This document shows, piece after piece, positions 53,864 to 59,638 of a DNA stretch of 59,638 nucleotides. The position numbers were made by a program, and so were the translations under genes. This stretch comes from an uncultured Bacteroidales bacterium. GTDB taxonomy: Bacteria > Bacteroidota > Bacteroidia > Bacteroidales > Paludibacteraceae. Under the pieces are notes generated by a model. That model was not told where the DNA came from. It worked only from the letters and a program-made list of their open reading frames with translations, and made no database searches. Location: the NCBI GenBank assembly GCA_937911235.1, contig CALDPN010000086.1:1-59638 (forward strand), in the 5' to 3' direction. Within the stretch, counting starts at the first letter, position 1; every line of letters begins with the position of its first letter.

Positions 53864-54433
53864 TTATATTACCAATACCCTTTGCATTGGGATGTCGTGG
53901 GGTTCGGTGGGGATGTCGAGGTAGAATTGTTCGCGGAAGCAAACGCCTACGGTGAAGAGGTTGCTGTATTTTGAAAGGAATTTATCGTAGTAGCCTTTGC
54001 CTCTGCCTAGGCGGTAACCATTTGGTGAGAAAGCAACGCCAGGAACGAGAATGAAATCTATTGAGTTAGGAGTTAGGACGTGTTGATGACCGTTAGGGAA
54101 TAGTGAGGAGTTAGGAGTTAGGAGTGAGGGTTCTTTGATCCCATATCTACCAATTTGGTACTCGCCATTGAATTCACACGCTGTCATGTCATCGCCGTTG
54201 ATTACTGGAAGATAGACCTTTTTGCCCATGGCAAAACATTTGTCGATAAGCGAAAAAGTATCGATTTCATCGGGAAGATTTGCAAATAACATCACGCTTT
54301 TTGCATCTAAAAATTCGGGCATAGAAAAAAGATTATTATGCAGAATCTCCTCTCTTTTTCGCCTTTCATTAGCAGAAATAGCAGAAACTCTTACCTTAAT
54401 AATCTTTCTAAGTGCTTTCTTTTTTTCTAGCAT
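53864..54433 (-). CDS. 5-formyltetrahydrofolate cyclo-ligase carrying in-frame heptamer-repeat sequence
   Basis: DFILVPGVAFSPNGYRLGRGKGYYDKFL core motif. The loop LLTPNSSLFPNGHQHVLTPNS is encoded by CTCCTAA-type repeats. Confidence 0.8.
   Translation of the reverse strand: MLEKKKALRKIIKVRVSAISANERRKREEILHNNLFSMPEFLDAKSVMLFANLPDEIDTFSLIDKCFAMGKKVYLPVINGDDMTACEFNGEYQIGRYGIKEPSLLTPNSSLFPNGHQHVLTPNSIDFILVPGVAFSPNGYRLGRGKGYYDKFLSKYSNLFTVGVCFREQFYLDIPTEPHDIPMQRVLVI
54063..54130 (+). repeat. two heptamer-repeat blocks inside the cyclo-ligase CDS
   Basis: GAGTTAGGAGTTAGGAC (54063-54079) and GTGAGGAGTTAGGAGTTAGGAGTGAGGG (54103-54130). Confidence 0.85.
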
Positions 54434-54843
54434 ATTTTTATAAGTCTTGTACCATCTTCCACCTCAGAGATTTCCACTCTTAAGGTTTCTTCTGGCAAGA
54501 TTTCTTCTACCTTTTCTGGCCATTCCATAAAGCAGAAGCAACCACTTTCCATATAGTTGTCGAAGCCAATACCAAAGGCTTCTTCAAGCGATTTAATTCT
54601 ATAAAAGTCGAAGTGGAACACACTCTCACCTTCTCTATCTGTATATTCGTTTACAATGGCAAATGTAGGGCTGTTTACCACATCTTCCACTCCAAGTTCT
54701 TCGCAAAGAGCCTTCACAAAAGTGGTTTTGCCCGCGCCCATGTGACCATAAAAAGCTATCAACTTGTTGTCTCCTATTTCAGCAAGGAAGGTGCGAGCCA
54801 CCTCTTTTATATCATCTAAACTATTTAATTTTATCTCCTTCAT
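54427..54843 (-). CDS. tsaE: tRNA t6A37 biosynthesis ATPase TsaE
   Basis: FYGHMGAGKTTFVKAL P-loop, SPTFAIVNEY, HFDFYR motifs. Confidence 0.85.
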   Translation of the reverse strand: MKEIKLNSLDDIKEVARTFLAEIGDNKLIAFYGHMGAGKTTFVKALCEELGVEDVVNSPTFAIVNEYTDREGESVFHFDFYRIKSLEEAFGIGFDNYMESGCFCFMEWPEKVEEILPEETLRVEISEVEDGTRLIKIC

Positions 54844-54854
54844 TAAAAAACAAT

Positions 54855-57443
54855 TTAAAACAAACTTATTTGTCCTTCTTCATCTGTCTTAATGCCATCT
54901 TCTGCTTCCACTTCCTCTGGCACTTCTTCTACCACCTCCTCTATCTTGCGTAAAGGTTCTAGTTCTACCACCTCAGCCACCTTAAATGTGGTAATTCTCT
55001 TACCTTTTGCTTTGTAGCCCTTCACAGCAATAAAGCTTTCTGCATCTATACGTGGGAATTCCTTGTCGGCATCTGCACCAGTAAGTTTTGCCTCAACGTA
55101 TGGATAAACAGTATCTGTAAGCAGATAAAGCACAGATTTAGGGTTTTCACCTAAATATGATAGTGGTTTAGATGTAGATTCAAAACAGAAACGCTTCAAG
55201 TATGCGTTCTTTTGGTCGGCATCATAAAGAGCCGCTGTCCACACCTTGCCTTCGTCAAATTTCTCTATCTTGAAGATATTGTCTGGGTAGTGATTGCCCG
55301 AGTCGAAGTTGGTGGTGTACCATGTACCGTTATTTAATACTACAAGGATTTCGTCGTCGCTATTAAATTCGCCAAGAAGTTCTCCTCTGCCATCGTAATT
55401 TAGGCGCATAACATCGTGGTCAAACCACACTTTTCTGCCACCAAGAGTAGAAACACCTTTGTGCTTGCAAGTGATTTTTTGAATATCGTTTTTAGTAAGG
55501 ATATTACCACGAGAAGAACGACCTTTAATGTCAATTTCAGAGAAATCTTTTTCCATTACCAAAATCTTCACTCTTGGACGTGGACGCAAGTTTATCTTTA
55601 TCACCTCAGCCTCGCCGTTAGGGTTTGCAGAGAAGTATAGCACTTTTGTACCCGCTGTGCCCATGGTTAGGTCGTATTCTTTGTCGCGCACAAGACCCGT
55701 AACAGAGAAACGTTTAATATAATTTATGCCATCTTTACCATCGCGATAAACCATATTATACACAGTGCGTTTATCATTTTTCTTAAACACACTCACGTGG
55801 ATAATATTTTTACCCACATAAACCTTTTCTGCCACTTTCACCACCTTGAATGTACCATTTTTGTAGAAAATAATGATATCATCAATGTCGGAACAGTTAC
55901 ATACATACTCATCTTTCTTAAGCGCAGTACCTATGAAGCCTTCTTCTTTGTTGATATAAAGTTTTTCGGTAGCTTCCACCACTTTCACAGCGTCGATGGT
56001 ATCGAATAGTCTAAGTTCTGTTTTACGTGGATATGCAGCACCATATTTCTCAATGAGGTGTTTGTACCAGTTAATAGTGAAATCGGTGATATGCTCAATA
56101 TTGTATTTTAACTCTTTTAGTTTTGCGTTTAGCGAAGCGATATTTTCTTCCGCCTTTTTAACAGAGAATTTCAAGATACGAGCCATCTTTATTTCCATTA
56201 GTTTCAAGATATCTTCTCTCTCTACAGGGCGAATAAATTTAGGCTTAAATGGTTCTAGGCATTTATCGATGAAATCGACCGCTTCGTCCATTGAAGCAGA
56301 CTCTTCAAAACCTTTTTCCTTGTAAATTCTTTCTTCAATGAAGATTCTCTCTAGCGATAGGTAGAAAATGCTTTCTTGCACCTCCGCCTTTTGAATAAGA
56401 AGTTCTTCTTTAAGAATGCGCAGGGTGTTGTCGGTAGAGAATTTTAGTACGTCAGACACGCCTAGGAAATTAGGTTTGTCGTCGTAAATTACACAACAGT
56501 TTGGCGCAATGCTCACCTCGCAAGAAGTAAACGCATATAGAGCATCAATAGTTTTATCTGACGAACGACCAGGTGCTAGGTGAACTAAAATTTCTACTTC
56601 CTTAGCAGTGTTGTCGTCTATCTTTTTAATTTGGATTTTACCTTTTTCGTTGGCTTTTAGGATGGAATCGATAAGTTTGTCGGTGGTTACACCGTATGGA
56701 ATTTCGCTAATGCAAAGAGTTTTGTTGTCTATTTTTGTAATCTTTGCACGCACCTTCACTCTACCACCAGAAGAACCATCTTTATATCTGCTCACATCCA
56801 TATAACCACCTGTTTGGAAGTCTGGGTATAGAGTAAATTCCTCGCCTTTTAGATATGAAATTGCAGCCTCTGCCACTTCGTTGAAGTTGTGTGGCAAAAT
56901 TTTTGTTTGAAGACCCACGGCAATACCTTCCACACCCTGAATAAGAAGAAGTGGGAATTTTACAGGAAATACCACAGGTTCGTTGTTTCTACCGTCGTAA
57001 GATTTTTTCCATTCAGTTACTTTTGGGCTATAAAGCACCTCTAGAGCAAATGGACTCAAACGAGCCTCGATATAACGTGGAGCCGCTGCACTGTCGCCAG
57101 TTAAAACGTTACCCCAGTTACCTTGAGTATCAATTAAATAATTCTTTTGACCAAGTTGAACCAAAGCGTTGCCAATAGAGCTGTCGCCGTGAGGGTGAAA
57201 CTGCATTGTATGGCCCACAATATTAGCCACTTTATTGTAACGTCCGTCTTCCATTCTCTTCATAGAATGAAGGATACGACGTTGCACAGGCTTAAGACCG
57301 TCGTAGATATGAGGCACCGCTCTATCAAGTATTACATACGAAGCATAATCCAAGAACCAGTTTTGGTACATGCCCGTCAACATCTTCTTATTTGACAACC
57401 CAGAAGGCATGCTTTCTTCTAACTCTTCGTCTTTTTCTATCAT
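54855..57443 (-). CDS. parC: DNA topoisomerase IV subunit A (GyrA/ParC family)
   Basis: RAVPHIYDGLKPVQRRILHSM, AAPRYIEARL (catalytic Tyr context). The 862-aa length fits Bacteroidota ParC. Confidence 0.8.
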   Translation of the reverse strand: MIEKDEELEESMPSGLSNKKMLTGMYQNWFLDYASYVILDRAVPHIYDGLKPVQRRILHSMKRMEDGRYNKVANIVGHTMQFHPHGDSSIGNALVQLGQKNYLIDTQGNWGNVLTGDSAAAPRYIEARLSPFALEVLYSPKVTEWKKSYDGRNNEPVVFPVKFPLLLIQGVEGIAVGLQTKILPHNFNEVAEAAISYLKGEEFTLYPDFQTGGYMDVSRYKDGSSGGRVKVRAKITKIDNKTLCISEIPYGVTTDKLIDSILKANEKGKIQIKKIDDNTAKEVEILVHLAPGRSSDKTIDALYAFTSCEVSIAPNCCVIYDDKPNFLGVSDVLKFSTDNTLRILKEELLIQKAEVQESIFYLSLERIFIEERIYKEKGFEESASMDEAVDFIDKCLEPFKPKFIRPVEREDILKLMEIKMARILKFSVKKAEENIASLNAKLKELKYNIEHITDFTINWYKHLIEKYGAAYPRKTELRLFDTIDAVKVVEATEKLYINKEEGFIGTALKKDEYVCNCSDIDDIIIFYKNGTFKVVKVAEKVYVGKNIIHVSVFKKNDKRTVYNMVYRDGKDGINYIKRFSVTGLVRDKEYDLTMGTAGTKVLYFSANPNGEAEVIKINLRPRPRVKILVMEKDFSEIDIKGRSSRGNILTKNDIQKITCKHKGVSTLGGRKVWFDHDVMRLNYDGRGELLGEFNSDDEILVVLNNGTWYTTNFDSGNHYPDNIFKIEKFDEGKVWTAALYDADQKNAYLKRFCFESTSKPLSYLGENPKSVLYLLTDTVYPYVEAKLTGADADKEFPRIDAESFIAVKGYKAKGKRITTFKVAEVVELEPLRKIEEVVEEVPEEVEAEDGIKTDEEGQISLF

Positions 57444-57513
57444 AATATGGTGATTTTTAGGTAGTATTTTAAAGTTTCGGTGTAAAATTACAAAAAATCA
57501 CGAAAAAAACACC

Positions 57514-57521
57514 TATATTTG
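57514..57521 (+). promoter_or_regulatory. -7 box TATATTTG upstream of glyQS
   Basis: TAnnTTTG match 29 nt upstream of the ATG at 57550. Confidence 0.35.
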
Positions 57522-57549
57522 CAGTTCATTTTTAACTAAATTTTCAGAT

Positions 57550-58986
57550 ATGGCTTCACAAGAAGATGTTTTTAAAAAATTAGTAGCACACTGTAAAGAA
57601 TATGGCTTCGTTTTTCCATCAAGTGAAATCTATGATGGCGTGGGCGCAGTGTACGATTATGGTCAAAATGGTGTTGAACTAAAAAACAATATAAAGAAAT
57701 ACTGGTGGGACAGTATGGTGCTTCTTCACGAGAACATCGTGGGTATCGACGCTGCCATCTTTATGCACCCTACCACATGGAAGGCTTCTGGCCACGTTGA
57801 CGCATTCAACGACCCATTGATTGACAACCGCGACAGTAAAAAACGTTATCGTGCAGACGTTCTTATCGAAGAACAACTAGCAAAATATGACGAAAAAATA
57901 GAAAAAGAATGCGAAAAAGCGGCTAAACGTTTTGGCGAAACATTCGACAAAGAAATGTTTATCCAAACTAACGGTCGTGTTGGGGAATATGTACAAAAAC
58001 GTACAGAACTTCACACACGTTTCGCTCAAGCTCTAAACGACAACAACCTAGACGAACTAAAACAAATCATTCTTGATTATGAAATAGTTTGTCCTATTAG
58101 TGGTACTAAAAACTGGACAGACGTGCGCCAATTTAACCTAATGTTCTCTACAGAGATGGGTTCTACATCAGAAGGTGCAATGAAAATCTATCTTCGTCCA
58201 GAAACTGCACAAGGTATTTTCGTAAACTACCTAAACGTACAAAAAACAGGTCGTATGAAAATTCCTTTCGGTATTGCTCAAATTGGTAAAGCATTCCGTA
58301 ACGAAATCGTGGCTCGCCAATTCATCTTCCGTATGCGTGAGTTTGAACAAATGGAAATGCAATTCTTTGTACGTCCGGGAGAAGAAATCAAATGGTTTGA
58401 ATATTGGAAAGAAACACGTATGAAATGGCATCTTGCATTGGGCATACCAAGTGAAAAATATCGTTATCACGATCACGAAAAACTTGCTCACTATGCAAAT
58501 GCTGCAACCGATATTGAATTTGAATTTCCATTTGGATTCAAAGAATTAGAGGGTATTCATTCAAGAACGGACTTTGACTTAAAGCGTCATCAAGAATTTT
58601 CGGGCAAAAAACTTCAATACTTTGACTCCGAACTTGGCGAAAGTTACGTTCCTTACGTTATAGAAACATCTATCGGATTGGATAGAACGTTTCTTGCCGT
58701 TTTCTCTCACGCTTACAAAGAAGAAAAGCTTGAAGGTAAGGCAGCAACTTGCACAGTAGCAGGTCTTACTGAGGGTAAGAAGTGTACTGTATGTGGCACT
58801 ACAACCGTAGAGCAGACAGAGGTTGAAGCACTTGGCCATAAGTGGCTTGATGCAACTACCGAGGCTCCCGAGACCGAAGCTCCCGCAAAGAGCGGCTGTG
58901 GTTCCGTAGTTGGCTTTGGTGCAGTTGCAATCGTAGCAGTAGCTGCAGTTGCAGGCATGGTTTCTTTCAAGAAGAAGGAAGACTAA
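57550..58986 (+). pseudogene. glyQS: glycine--tRNA ligase, native for about 396 codons then fused to unrelated Cys-rich/TM-anchor tail
   Basis: N-terminus VFKKLVAHCKEYGFVFPSSEIYDG and class II motifs run through ...GLDRTFLAVFSHAYKEEKLEG. After about 58738 the sequence becomes ATCTVAGLTEGKKCTVCGTTTVEQTEVEALGHKW...GFGAVAIVAVAAVAGMVSFKKKED, and the anticodon-binding domain is absent. Confidence 0.7.
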
Positions 58987-59058
58987 TCTGAGAAAATCAG
59001 TACATTGAAAATCTGCCCTGTATCTTTTTGATGCAGGGCGCTAATTTTAGGTGATGAT

Positions 59059-59638
59059 ATGAATAAAAATTTAAAAGTCATTTCAGGTGTGCTTTCTGTT
59101 ATATTAAGTATTACGCTTGTTTTTACATCTGTTATATCAATTCTTTTAAGTACAGCAAGAGAATATTTCGTTTCAAGTAAGTTCCAGACACAGATTGATA
59201 ATACCGATTTAGCTTCGCTTACATTTATTCATAATGGTAACAAAATTACGCTTGAAGATTATGTAAAAGAATATGTGAACACAAACATTGACAATATCAT
59301 TATTGATAAAGGCGGACAATATTATTCTGACCTCTGGTTTCCGTTTGCAGACGCTTTGACAGACTTTACTGTTGATAAGGTGTTTTCCTCTCATTACGTA
59401 AATAAGCTTGTTAAAGACGAAGTAAAGGGCATTTTTGACTATTTTCTTTATAGCAGTGTTACTGAGGCAAAACAGCGAATTAAGGATGGTATAGCTCTTG
59501 ATGAAAATCCACAGTTAAATCCCGAGAATACTTCGAATTATGAAGAGAAAATAAGTGCACAGGTAAAACTTGCCGTGCTTAAATTCATTGAAGAAGAAAC
59601 GGGAACAAGTTGTGATAAAATAATCGTATTGTTTGCGG
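59059..59638 (+). CDS. N-terminally membrane-anchored hypothetical protein, partial (runs off window end)
   Basis: ATG at 59059, open for 193 codons to the window end: MNKNLKVISGVLSVILSITLVFTSVISILLS... Absent from the ORF track because it has no stop. Confidence 0.5.
   Translation, partial: MNKNLKVISGVLSVILSITLVFTSVISILLSTAREYFVSSKFQTQIDNTDLASLTFIHNGNKITLEDYVKEYVNTNIDNIIIDKGGQYYSDLWFPFADALTDFTVDKVFSSHYVNKLVKDEVKGIFDYFLYSSVTEAKQRIKDGIALDENPQLNPENTSNYEEKISAQVKLAVLKFIEEETGTSCDKIIVLFA

Overview
Low-GC window with Bacteroidota-style gene content: lipoprotein signal peptides, TAnnTTTG -7 boxes, an exbB/exbD cluster, a long ParC and N-acyl-ornithine carbamoyltransferase. All family calls come from motif recognition by eye; no HMM or BLAST was run. 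About 18.3-58.7 kb is ordinary housekeeping: aroE, dedA-like, rsmI, tatD, exbBD, folB, fabG, proC/proB/proA, argF-like, rnhB, lpxH, tsaE, parC, glyQS. The left third (1-18.3 kb) is accessory. It holds a four-gene operon of unassignable secreted proteins, an AAA/DUF234 ATPase, and the main find. The main find is a 10-gene same-strand operon (7631-18256). It interleaves a ubiquitin-type conjugation set with T6SS/phage baseplate-wedge homologues (TssK-, gp25/TssE- and TssF-like, possibly TssG). The conjugation set is a ThiF/E1-like enzyme, a small beta-grasp candidate ending in Gly-stop, a UBC-like E2 with HPN...C, and a membrane vWA-like/RING-like/FHA-like protein. A DUF4280 PAAR-like gene and a ribosome-recycling-factor-like ORF are transcribed divergently from it. 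No sheath, tube, VgrG, ClpV or JAB peptidase is visible. Other signals: (1) a dispersed heptamer repeat (AACTCCT/AGGAGTT) that stops translation in all six frames, and whose in-CDS copies carry stop-removing substitutions; (2) a REP-like hairpin element family, partly translated inside one CDS; (3) a 37-nt insertion carrying an exact 16S 27F primer sequence that frameshifts a LysE-family gene; (4) a composition and identity break at about 58738 that replaces the 3' end of glyQS with Firmicutes-looking sequence, probably an assembly chimera.
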